DNA of 34,556 nt, from positions 1-34,556 of IMG/VR virus record IMGVR_UViG_3300038423_000572; one strand, written 5' to 3'. Shown here piece after piece: positions 26,705 to 34,556 of this stretch. Source of the DNA: a virus (taxonomy: Duplodnaviria; Caudoviricetes). Made by a program: the position numbers and the translations under genes. Below the pieces are notes generated by a model. That model had not been told where the DNA came from and made no database searches. It saw only the letters and a program-made list of their open reading frames with translations. Each line of letters opens with the position of its first letter. Within the stretch, counting starts at the first letter, position 1.

Positions 26705-26730
26705 GTAGCGGCGTCTCGGCAGACCGCCGC
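26705..26730 (+). repeat. GTAG-REP-like hairpin copy 4 (intergenic, before capsid gene)
   Basis: GTAGCGGCGTCTCGGCAGACCGCCGC. Confidence 0.85.
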
Positions 26731-26761
26731 AAATAAACTCAACCAATAAAGGAAATCGATT

Positions 26762-27709
26762 ATGACAAGACTTCAACAGCTCGCTACGAGTCCGCTCCTG
26801 ACGAACTTCGCCATCACGGCCAGCCAAAAGGCTATCCGGCCCGTGGGCCAGTTCATCAGCCCAATCTGCGAGGTCCCCGACCTCACGTTCCGGTATAAGG
26901 TCTATACCGAAAACAACCGTTACCGCGTCCCGCACACCAAACGCCAGCCCGGCAGTCCGGCGACCATGCTCGGGTTCTCGGCGACCGATGCAAGCCAGAC
27001 CCTCGAGCCGAACGCCCTGGACTTCCCGGTCCCGAATGCCGAAGAGCTGAGCGATGAAGGCCTCCAATTCTCCATCATGGAAGCGCAGAGCACGCTGGCC
27101 GATGCCTCTGGCCTCTCCCTCGAAAACGAGATCGTTTCGATGGCCCAGACCGCCGCCCTGGCCTCCAGCCTTACCGCCCATGCTGACTTCACCGATGCCG
27201 GCGTGGACCCGGTCGCCCTCCTGGACAATCTCATCCTCCAGGTCATGCTCGCCGCCAAAAACGGCGCGCCGGTCAAGGTCCTGTTTGGGACCACGAAATT
27301 CAAGCAGTTCAAGAATAACCCCAACGTCCGCGCCCGCTTCATCGTCTCGGCTGACCGCGGGGCCGGTGGCTCGGACAGCATCGGCACGGTCTCCCCGACC
27401 ATTGGCGACGTGAAACGCCTGCTCATGACCAACCCGGACTGCGAGCTCTCGCTCATGGTCATCGATAACTCCGCCCCAGGCGAAGCCAGCAACATCCAGT
27501 TCCTGCTGGACACCTGCGTCATCGTCTTCGCCAGCAACAGCACTCCCAACCGCATGGACCCGTCCTTCATGAAGACGTTCGCGCGCATGGGCGGCTTCTT
27601 CCGCGCCGGCTCCTACATGACCGTCGACCAACGCGACCAGGTCCTCAAAATGGACTGGACCACACTGCCGTGCGTTACCAACTCGGCGGCCGTGGGCGCG
27701 ATCGACTGA
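26762..27709 (+). CDS. Major capsid protein
   Basis: 315 aa after cement gene; PLLTNFA...ISPICEV...YKVY...TKRQPG; AAGGA RBS. Confidence 0.82.
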   Translation: MTRLQQLATSPLLTNFAITASQKAIRPVGQFISPICEVPDLTFRYKVYTENNRYRVPHTKRQPGSPATMLGFSATDASQTLEPNALDFPVPNAEELSDEGLQFSIMEAQSTLADASGLSLENEIVSMAQTAALASSLTAHADFTDAGVDPVALLDNLILQVMLAAKNGAPVKVLFGTTKFKQFKNNPNVRARFIVSADRGAGGSDSIGTVSPTIGDVKRLLMTNPDCELSLMVIDNSAPGEASNIQFLLDTCVIVFASNSTPNRMDPSFMKTFARMGGFFRAGSYMTVDQRDQVLKMDWTTLPCVTNSAAVGAID

Positions 27710-27755
27710 ACCCGAAACGCAAATAACCGCTGACAAACGTTAAAAGGAAAAAGCT

Positions 27756-28463
27756 ATGCAAAACGTCATACAAAACATCAAGGCCGCCATCGACGGCCTG
27801 ACAAAGGTAGCCAAGACGCGCCTAACAGCCCGCGTCAAACAATGCCTGGAGAACGCTGAGAGCTACGCCAAAGCGCACCTCAAAGAGGAAGCGCCAGGCC
27901 TGGCGGCGGCGGCCAAGCCACCCGCCTCCGGAACGCCGGCTTCAGCAGGCAGCACTAAAGCCGGCGCGGCCGCCAAGACCGCCCTGGCCGTCATCGGCCT
28001 CGGCCTGCTCAGCCTGCTGTGGCCCCAAGTCCACGCGGCCGATTCGCAGGGCTATCCGACCACGTTCACCGGCCCGACAAACATGCCGGGCTACATCACG
28101 GCCACCAATCCCACGCCAGCAAGCCAGACGATGGCCTACGTGCCTCTACGGCAGGGAAAAGGGGTAGCGGCGCAATGGCAATTCAAGGCCTCCGCCACGT
28201 TGTCGAACGCCAGCGGCTCGGCGAATCCGATCACCATGTATATCGCCCCAAGCGTGGACGGCACGAATCCGGTCACCGCCTCAGCGTGGAGCTGGACTCC
28301 ACCCCTGCTCCTGCTCGGCACCGGCACCCAGCTCGCCGCCACCAATTGGTCCCGCGGCTCCCTCGACGGCTACATGGCCCTGTTCGTCACCGGCATCTCG
28401 AACTCGGGCACCAACGGCAGCCTGACCAATTTGATGCTGCTCTTCAACGTGCCAAACAACTGA
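27756..28463 (+). CDS. Hypothetical protein with internal signal-peptide-like segment and T/S/N-rich beta domain
   Basis: KTALAVIGLGLLSLLWPQVHA-AD at aa ~74-96; AAGGA RBS. Confidence 0.7.
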   Translation: MQNVIQNIKAAIDGLTKVAKTRLTARVKQCLENAESYAKAHLKEEAPGLAAAAKPPASGTPASAGSTKAGAAAKTALAVIGLGLLSLLWPQVHAADSQGYPTTFTGPTNMPGYITATNPTPASQTMAYVPLRQGKGVAAQWQFKASATLSNASGSANPITMYIAPSVDGTNPVTASAWSWTPPLLLLGTGTQLAATNWSRGSLDGYMALFVTGISNSGTNGSLTNLMLLFNVPNN

Positions 28464-28528
28464 CTTGCGGACCGCACGGGCGCCCTGGGGACTGGAGGGG
28501 TTACCTGGGGCGCCCAAAACTACTGCCT

Positions 28529-28972
28529 ATGGCCTGGATTACCATCACGAGCGATGACGTCATGGACGAACTGACGCCGCTCGAGCGCGCCTCACTGTCG
28601 GCCATCCAAGGGTCCCAGGAGAGGCTGACGTCGGTGCTTGTGCGGGTGGTCAAATCCGTCCGCGGCAAGATCGTCGCCGGCGATGCGCCCCTCGGCCCGG
28701 ACGGAACGGTTCCGGAGCAGTTGATGAATGAGGTCATCGATGTGGCCCGCTGGCGGTGGCTGATAAGCTTTCCGCAATTGGTAAAGATGCAGACCAGGGA
28801 GCGGAAGGACGCGAACGACAAGGCGCTTGAGGAATTGGGCCGTGTCCAAAGCGGCGACGTCAAGATCGAGGACCCGAACAGCCAAGCGGCCGATCCCCAA
28901 GCCTGGACTATACTGCCCAAGGTGAGGCATCGACCCAGAAGCACGGGGCCCGGACGCGAGGACGGCGTATAG
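28529..28972 (+). CDS. Mu gp36/DUF1320-like head-tail adaptor
   Basis: MAWITITSDDV...VRGKI...VPEQL...IDVARWR...RKDANDKALEELGRVQSG. Confidence 0.78.
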   Translation: MAWITITSDDVMDELTPLERASLSAIQGSQERLTSVLVRVVKSVRGKIVAGDAPLGPDGTVPEQLMNEVIDVARWRWLISFPQLVKMQTRERKDANDKALEELGRVQSGDVKIEDPNSQAADPQAWTILPKVRHRPRSTGPGREDGV

Positions 28973-28987
28973 GAAGGCGGAGGCTCC

Positions 28988-29800
28988 ATGCTGTTCGATC
29001 CGACAAAATCTTTCGCCGAGGAACTGGCCAAATTGCAAGCGGCCGGGAAGATCTCGACGCAACTGACGGCGGCCCAGAGGGCCGCCATTGAAGCCTCCGT
29101 CCGCAAATACGCCGCGGCGGCGGCACAGAGCACAATCAAGACGGTCTCGGAAGAGATCCAGAAGACCATCTTGGACCTGGTCAACCCCCAGCAGGTCGAG
29201 CGAGAAGGGAAAGCGCAGACCGTAACAGAGGGCTTCAACCCGGCCACAGCGCGGGAGCATCTGACAGGATTCCTCAAGGATTTTGAGACTGGGGCCTTGG
29301 CCGATCGCCTTGAGTTTGCCCTCGATGTCGGCACCAAGGTTGCCAACGGCGCCGCCCGATTCGTCCAGCAAAACGCGGACCCTTTGGTCGTGGACGCTTA
29401 CCCGGCCCTCGAGCTCGAGCGCCTCTTCGACCGCGACGTGCCCCGCGGCTTTAAGCGCATCGCCGGCGGCGAGCTCATTCCGGACCCTGGGCAGGACCAC
29501 GAAACCCGCTGGCGCTATGCCGCCCAGGATGCCGGCGACGATGATGCCCTCCGCGTCCTCGAGCAAACCGGCCGCATGGTCGCCTTGAAGTCCAGCGGTA
29601 TTTGGCAATCGCTCGGCGACGGCGCCGGTGGCTTCGATGACGCCCTGGGCAACCGCTCCGATCCGCTTTGGTGGAACACTGGCTATCGCCAGATGGAGAT
29701 CGCCCGCGAAGACGCTGAAGGCCTCGGCTTGCTGGATCCCGGTGAAAAAGCTGAGCCTGCCCCGCTCGATCTGGCCAACCTCTTCTCCCTGCCCGCATGA
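28988..29800 (+). CDS. Mu gpF/gp30-like head morphogenesis protein (short, no toxin tail)
   Basis: RLEFAL......ANG...AYPALEL.R...PR...RW...ALKSSGIW...PLWWNTG...IAREDAEGLGL. Confidence 0.6.
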   Translation: MLFDPTKSFAEELAKLQAAGKISTQLTAAQRAAIEASVRKYAAAAAQSTIKTVSEEIQKTILDLVNPQQVEREGKAQTVTEGFNPATAREHLTGFLKDFETGALADRLEFALDVGTKVANGAARFVQQNADPLVVDAYPALELERLFDRDVPRGFKRIAGGELIPDPGQDHETRWRYAAQDAGDDDALRVLEQTGRMVALKSSGIWQSLGDGAGGFDDALGNRSDPLWWNTGYRQMEIAREDAEGLGLLDPGEKAEPAPLDLANLFSLPA

Positions 29801-30348
29801 GCGTCGCGTACGTCATCGAAATACGCGACCTGGCCACACCGGCTGTTCAGGCCCGCATCGCCGCCCTTGGCCCAGACCGCTTGCGAGCCAGGGTCGGCCC
29901 CGCCTGCGCCGATCTCATCCAGCGCCACTGGGCGGCCCTGCCCAAGAACAAACGCGGCTGGCCCAGCACCGGCTTCAATGAGGACGCCAGCGACTCGGTC
30001 AGATGGCATCCAATCCCGGATGGTGTCACAATCCGAACTGGCAAGATCGGCGCCCGCCAGCGCCGATTCGGCGGCCACATCGGCCCGGTCAACAAACGCA
30101 CCATCGCCATCGCGGCCGACCCGGATGCCGCCGGCAAAACCCCTTCCCAAGTCCCTGGCCTCCGCTACTCCGGTATGCACGGCCCGAAAACGGTCGGTTC
30201 CCTCGTCACCGTCCAAGGCAAACGCATCACGGTCATGTTTTGGCTCAGCCTCGGCGTTGACCAACCGCCTCATCCCGAGGTCCTGCCAACCAGAGAACAG
30301 ATTCTCGACACCGCCCATCGCGCCATCATGCGCCCGTTCAAGCAATGA
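29797..30348 (+). CDS. Mu gpG-like virion morphogenesis protein
   Basis: RQRRFGGHIGPVNKRTIAI...V.QPPHPEVLP; follows gpF-like gene. Confidence 0.7.
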   Translation: MSVAYVIEIRDLATPAVQARIAALGPDRLRARVGPACADLIQRHWAALPKNKRGWPSTGFNEDASDSVRWHPIPDGVTIRTGKIGARQRRFGGHIGPVNKRTIAIAADPDAAGKTPSQVPGLRYSGMHGPKTVGSLVTVQGKRITVMFWLSLGVDQPPHPEVLPTREQILDTAHRAIMRPFKQ

Positions 30349-31052
30349 ACCTTGAGGCTGATTTCGTCGAGCTCCAGGAGCACCTTTATTACGGCCTCCT
30401 CAGCGAGTCGCTCTTGAGCAACATCAATGTTGTCCTCTACCGGAAGCTCCGGCTCGGGAGCGAGATTAACCTCGACGCCATCTGGCAGACCCCCCGGAAC
30501 GGTAAGGCCGGCTGCGGCATCCTTGTCGAGATGCCGGCCCTGCGCGTCTTGCACCCGAACGTCTCGGGACCGCCGGGCAGTCTCGAAATCTCTTGCGCCG
30601 TGCTCGAGGAGCCCAACTCCAACTTCTCTCCCGCTATGGGCACCTGCCAATCTGCCGAATCTGTCTCGCGGCTGGTGCTCAATAGCAGTCACCAATGGAG
30701 CGACGCCGGCATTGGCGTCATGTCCGCCCAGCGTGACGCTATCCACGACACCGAAGAATTTGGCCCCGGCCTGATTGTCTATCGCGTGCGTTGGAGCCTC
30801 CAGGAAGCCGCGCCTCAGATTCCGCGCGTAGCGACGCCAACGGCCTCGGTGGCTGGCGGCCAGGTCACCCTCTCTTGCCCCACGGCCGGCGCTCAGCTCT
30901 ATTACGGCGTCCGCCAGTTCCCAGGCCCCGGCAATCCCTACGCCGTGCTCTACGCCGGCCCGTTTCCGGCCCCGCCCGCCGGCAGTTTGCTCCGGGCGGC
31001 CGCCTACGCCCCAAACATGTTCCGTAGCTCGACAATCGCAACGCAGTTCTGA
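30345..31052 (+). CDS. Tail terminator-like protein with C-terminal Fn3-associated (CHB_HEX_C-like) domain
   Basis: Precedes tail tube; VATPT...VTLSCPTAGAQLYY...P.....LYAGPF. Confidence 0.6.
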   Translation: MNLEADFVELQEHLYYGLLSESLLSNINVVLYRKLRLGSEINLDAIWQTPRNGKAGCGILVEMPALRVLHPNVSGPPGSLEISCAVLEEPNSNFSPAMGTCQSAESVSRLVLNSSHQWSDAGIGVMSAQRDAIHDTEEFGPGLIVYRVRWSLQEAAPQIPRVATPTASVAGGQVTLSCPTAGAQLYYGVRQFPGPGNPYAVLYAGPFPAPPAGSLLRAAAYAPNMFRSSTIATQF

Positions 31053-31053
31053 C

Positions 31054-31110
31054 CCCTCGACACTCGACGCTCGACACCAATCCACCAATCCAAAAATCCA
31101 CTAATCCAAT
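31054..31110 (+). repeat. ACACTCG heptamers followed by CAATCCAC-like octamers
   Basis: ccctcgacactcgacgctcgacac caatccaccaatccaaaaatccactaatccaat; same families at 17388-17408, 16624-16650, 32788-32817. Confidence 0.85.
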
Positions 31111-31113
31111 CAC

Positions 31114-32097
31114 ATGAGCACCATCTACGCAGGACCTGGAAAGGTCTATATCAACAGCATTGCCCTCTGGCCCGAGGGTGAGAATGGCCAAATTAAGGCC
31201 GAGGTCCGCCAGCTTACCCATGACGTGGTGAGCGGCTTCTTCGGCCGTGTCACCTGTCTGCAAGGGGACGCCCAGGTCGTTATCAGCCTTACGCCCTTCG
31301 ATAACTGGTCGGCGATCCCAACGCTCTTTCCCACCTACCTCGGCGTAAGCCATGGCGCTACTGCCGGCGCCCTCGTCATTGGCACCCGGCCCCACAACCC
31401 TAACGGGGCCGCCGACGCCGCCGCCAAGATCTGGGCCCCGGACGGCCGCCTTTACACCTTCCCCCATGCCGCCATCTGCCGACACCCGGACATTCACCTC
31501 GGCCTCGATAAGGCCCTCTTCGGCCCCACGGAGATCGCGGCCATCATCGCCGCCGGCTCGACGCTCGGCTCTACCGGTGCCCTCTATACCCTCACGGCCA
31601 CCGGCGCCGCCGATCCCGGAGGCCAGCAGGGCTCCGACTATGAGCGCGGTGCCTGGACTGGCATTTGGGGCACAACCTCCGGCTTTGGCGGGGGCTCCAG
31701 CGGCTCGCCCATCGAGGCCGAAGACGAGTGGGTCATCAGCACGGTCGCCAAATACTCGCCTCTGGCAGTGCAGACCCTTGTCCGGGCATACAAGCTCGAC
31801 AACGTATCGTTCGTGGCCAAGTGCCGCCCTTACGGTCCGACGCACGCCCAAATAGACGCCGCGATCGGCGTCAACGCCGGCCGCATCCTCGGCGCCCAAT
31901 TCGCCGCCTCCGGCACTGGCGCGGACCTGGTCCTCTCCGGTCCGAACAGCAAAACAATCACCTTGAAGAACGCCGACGTTGTCGGCGCCGGCTTCGAGTT
32001 CGGCGGGACCAAGCTCGGCTCCAGCGAGATCGGCTTTGTCACCACCATGACCTTCACCAGCGGCGCGCCTCAACCCTTGCTCGTATTCAGCGCCTAA
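31114..32097 (+). CDS. Major tail (tube) protein
   Basis: MSTIYAGPGKVYI start, beta-rich, two-repeat size; position; no sheath gene seen. Confidence 0.6.
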   Translation: MSTIYAGPGKVYINSIALWPEGENGQIKAEVRQLTHDVVSGFFGRVTCLQGDAQVVISLTPFDNWSAIPTLFPTYLGVSHGATAGALVIGTRPHNPNGAADAAAKIWAPDGRLYTFPHAAICRHPDIHLGLDKALFGPTEIAAIIAAGSTLGSTGALYTLTATGAADPGGQQGSDYERGAWTGIWGTTSGFGGGSSGSPIEAEDEWVISTVAKYSPLAVQTLVRAYKLDNVSFVAKCRPYGPTHAQIDAAIGVNAGRILGAQFAASGTGADLVLSGPNSKTITLKNADVVGAGFEFGGTKLGSSEIGFVTTMTFTSGAPQPLLVFSA

Positions 32098-32127
32098 CCC
32101 ATCACTCCCATTCATCGCATACCTCCC

Positions 32128-32346
32128 ATGAATCTCCGCATCCTCCGCACCGTCCACACCGAGACCCGCGACTACCCGCCCGGCATGAACGTCGAATTCC
32201 CCGACGCCATCGCCCGCCTGCTCATTGCCCGTGGCCAGGCCGAAGACGCCGCCGCTGCCCCGGCCCAACCTCCAGCGCCGGCTGTGCCGCCCAAGGCCCC
32301 CGTCAGCGCCACTCCCGCCGCTGGCCGCGCGCCCGGCGCTCCTTAG
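32128..32346 (+). CDS. Small phage protein with Pro/Ala tail
   Basis: YPPG..VEFPDAIARLLIARGQAE motif common in small virion-gene proteins. Confidence 0.65.
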   Translation: MNLRILRTVHTETRDYPPGMNVEFPDAIARLLIARGQAEDAAAAPAQPPAPAVPPKAPVSATPAAGRAPGAP

Positions 32347-32351
32347 CCACC

Positions 32352-32762
32352 TTGCAAATTACCCTTACAGACCTGGCTGGGGTGCTGGAGCCGATCACCC
32401 TGGGCGATGATGCCACCGGCGATTTCATCATCGACCCTCCCCCCGTGCCGACCGAGAGGCGCCAGGTCCAGATCGAGCAACTCTGCCTTGCTCCCCGCGT
32501 CTTTGCCAACGGGGTCGGCAATCGCCAGACCGACTTCACCTGGACCGTCGCCCGCCAGCACTCCTCTCAGGCCGTCGCCGATGCGTTCACATTCACCCAC
32601 GCCGCGTCCGTTCCGCTCAACGCCTCCATTGTCATCAACGACCCCGATGGCACCGCCGTCGCCAGCTTCTCCTCGGCCGTCATTAGTGAAGTCGCCTGTG
32701 TTGAGCGGACCGGCATCAGCACCAAATTCCGCTATGCCGTGGAAGGCGCCGTCCCCGCGTAG
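32352..32762 (+). CDS. Putative tail protein (TTG start)
   Basis: Protein-like C-terminal 136 aa of ORF 31665..32762; stop supplied by the TAG of a REP-like element. Confidence 0.6.
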   Translation: MQITLTDLAGVLEPITLGDDATGDFIIDPPPVPTERRQVQIEQLCLAPRVFANGVGNRQTDFTWTVARQHSSQAVADAFTFTHAASVPLNASIVINDPDGTAVASFSSAVISEVACVERTGISTKFRYAVEGAVPA

Positions 32763-32784
32763 CGGCGCCTCGGCAGAGCGCCGC
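32759..32784 (+). repeat. GTAG-REP-like hairpin copy 5 (provides a stop codon)
   Basis: GTAGCGGCGCCTCGGCAGAGCGCCGC. Confidence 0.85.
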
Positions 32785-32826
32785 CAGTAATCCATCAATC
32801 CATCAATCCACTAATCCGCTCCTCCT

Positions 32827-34350
32827 ATGCCCGAAGACACGAGCCTGGATATCGAAATCCGGATGCCCGCCGACACCTCGGGCGGCACGCAAGCCGCGGC
32901 CGTCCTGGACAAGGTCAAACAATCCGCCGGCGAATCGGCCAAAGAGGTCGAGAAACACAACTCGCACCTGCACGTAATGCACAAGCTCTTCCACGGCCTC
33001 AACGAGGTCGTGCCCGGCCTGGGCGTGCTGATGCAGGCGGCGTTCAGCCCGGTTGGCGCCGCAATCTCCCTGGCGTTGATGGCCCTCCGCGCCTTCCACG
33101 AAAAGATGAAGGAGACCAACGCCGAATTCAAAAAGATGGAGGACGAAGCCGCCAAGCCCGTCACCCACCGCCTTGAGGCCCTGCGCGACGCAACGGTGAA
33201 CGCGGCCGTAGGCATGGCCCAACTCGATGACCGCCTCGCCCAGGCCGCGCGCGGCGAACAGAGCCTGGCCGAAAGGACCACCCAAGCCCTGGCCGCCAGC
33301 AAACAGCAGGCCGGCCAGGCCTCCAGCGTCGCCGAGGCCATGAAGCAAAGCGAGCTCGCCGGCCTCGATGTCATCCATTCCTTTGGCCTCATGAGCGAGC
33401 AACAATACGCTGACGCAAAACTCAAGATCGAACTCGACTACATCAAGGCCAAAACCAAAGCCGAGGAAGACGCCGCCGCCAGGGAGATCCAAATCAAACA
33501 AGCCGCCCTTGCCGAAGCCACCCGCGCCCAGCCCGGCCTCGAGCAAGAGGCCAGAGCCGCCGAACTGAGGAAAGTCAAAGCCGCCGAGGACCTGGCCGCC
33601 CTCCAGCCCAGGAGCGAGATTGACAAATCATACCAGGACACAAAGGCCGCGCTGAAGGCCTTTGAGGACAAGCATCCCGAGAACGCCGAATTCTTTGGAC
33701 GCCTCGGCCTGAACATGACGGAACAGCAAGCCTATGTGGCAATGGCCAACGCGGCCTATCCTGCCCAGGGGGCTCCCTACGCATTCACCCCTGGGACGAA
33801 TCTGATGACTGGTGGAGAGCAATACAAACAATGGGCGGGTCTCAAGGCGGCCGCCAACCTCGCAGAGTTGGCCTGGAAACAAGCCCCTGGGGTTGAGGCA
33901 GGGCGCACAATCGCAAAGGAAGAAGCCGACCGCGCCGAACAGCGCGCGGCCAAGAAAGCCGAGGAGAACGAGGACTATATCATTAAGACCCAGCGTGAGA
34001 TCGGCCTGTCGAGCGCTGAACTCACCGCCCGCAAAGAAGCCGATACCCGCCTGGTCGCCCTCCAAACCGGCACCCTCACCCTGCAGAACCTGGCGAACTC
34101 GCCAACCGGCCAAATCCTCGGCCAGGCCGCCGGCGCCGAGGCCGCCCTCCAGCACGGCCAGACCCTCAACACCCAGCAACAATCTGCCATACAAGTTGCC
34201 AACCAGATGCTTTCTGCCGCCGGCTTGAATGCCAACCAACTCCTCAGCGCCCTCGGCAAGCTCGTCGGCCACTACGAGCAACTCACCGCCAAAATCCGCG
34301 AACTGGAGCAAAAGATCGACTACGCCCACCGCTCCACCATGATCCCCTGA
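32827..34350 (+). CDS. Tape measure protein (short, 507 aa)
   Basis: Ala/Gln/Glu-rich helical protein, LDIEIRM.ADTSG start, hydrophobic segment; position. Confidence 0.75.
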   Translation: MPEDTSLDIEIRMPADTSGGTQAAAVLDKVKQSAGESAKEVEKHNSHLHVMHKLFHGLNEVVPGLGVLMQAAFSPVGAAISLALMALRAFHEKMKETNAEFKKMEDEAAKPVTHRLEALRDATVNAAVGMAQLDDRLAQAARGEQSLAERTTQALAASKQQAGQASSVAEAMKQSELAGLDVIHSFGLMSEQQYADAKLKIELDYIKAKTKAEEDAAAREIQIKQAALAEATRAQPGLEQEARAAELRKVKAAEDLAALQPRSEIDKSYQDTKAALKAFEDKHPENAEFFGRLGLNMTEQQAYVAMANAAYPAQGAPYAFTPGTNLMTGGEQYKQWAGLKAAANLAELAWKQAPGVEAGRTIAKEEADRAEQRAAKKAEENEDYIIKTQREIGLSSAELTARKEADTRLVALQTGTLTLQNLANSPTGQILGQAAGAEAALQHGQTLNTQQQSAIQVANQMLSAAGLNANQLLSALGKLVGHYEQLTAKIRELEQKIDYAHRSTMIP

Positions 34351-34446
34351 CCCCGCCTTGCCCACCCCCTGCCCCTTCCGCCCCCTGCACCATCCTTTCA
34401 GCGCCCCTGCATACCCGTTGCGCCGCCCTTGCCGACCGACCGAAGG

Positions 34447-34482
34447 TGTGTCGATCCTCTGCGAAACTGTATTGAACCGCCC
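34447..34482 (+). repeat. Bipartite repeat, inverted relative to 116..171
   Basis: TGTGTCGATCCTCTGCGAAACTGTATTGAACCGCCC. Confidence 0.9.
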
Positions 34483-34556
34483 GCGATTTACTTGAACGGG
34501 GGTCGGATGGTGGGGAGGTTCGGGCGGACCGTGGCCCCGACGGTGATCATCGGCAT

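Larger units (their letters stand above)
15..34556. mobile_element. Mu-like transposable prophage, B3/BcepMu-type divergent organisation; right end probably outside window
   Basis: DDE transposase, AAA ATPase, Gam and ner/repressor pair, plus DUF935 portal, gpI protease and gp36/gpF/gpG-like genes; no integrase. Confidence 0.92.

Noticed and set aside
22602-26742. Long antisense ORFs (535 aa and 727 aa; likewise 10289-11722, 1578-2789, 30865-32268)
   Set aside because: Shadow frames of well-supported genes in high-GC DNA; no motifs
28476-28515. GGGCGCCC hairpin after the capsid-adjacent gene as a terminator
   Set aside because: No T-run on the + strand; at most a pause or stability hairpin
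28019-28528. N-terminal 170 aa of the 317-aa ORF
   Set aside because: Overlaps gene 27756-28463 in another frame; the gp36-like sequence starts at ATG 28529
32128-32762. Tail-chaperone -1 frameshift between tube and tape measure genes
   Set aside because: Frames are compatible with -1, but no canonical X XXY YYZ site was found and a TTG start at 32352 explains the second ORF
12741-32784. 26-bp repeat as a CRISPR array
   Set aside because: Copies are kilobases apart with no regular spacers and no cas genes
1-34556. tRNA/rRNA genes, integrase/att site, reverse transcriptase/DGR, invertase, mom
   Set aside because: No supporting motifs seen by eye; tRNAscan and HMM searches were not run

Overview
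The window is almost entirely one high-GC Mu-like (transposable) prophage with a B3/BcepMu-type layout. A leftward early operon (ner-like gene, DUF3102-like protein, DDE transposase, MuB-like ATPase, Gam, GemA-like, HNH, ParB-like and several DnaA-domain-IV-like proteins) diverges from a central repressor. A rightward late operon follows (holin/lipoprotein, gp25/26/27-like, lambda-GpA-type terminase, portal, gpI protease/scaffold, cement, major capsid, gp36, gpF, gpG, tail terminator, tail tube, tape measure). The left terminus is probably near nt 15. No tail-tip genes, endolysin or right terminus are visible, so the element probably continues past the window. A PVC-group host (Verrucomicrobiota?) is an inference only. 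Most notable observations: (1) the portal carries a ~450-aa C-terminal extension with a PBECR3-like nuclease and a His-rich domain, each preceded by an H(P/N)xDxxGxF-type motif and bounded by hydrophobic-x-Asn-Arg sites that are also strongly enriched in the protease/scaffold, suggesting a protease-released capsid cargo polyprotein; (2) five GTAG-REP-like hairpins, three in frame inside genes; (3) 6-10-bp tandem micro-repeats at many gene junctions; (4) four DnaA-domain-IV-like proteins; (5) a bipartite inverted repeat shared by the two ends of the window. All protein calls come from motif recognition by eye, not database searches.
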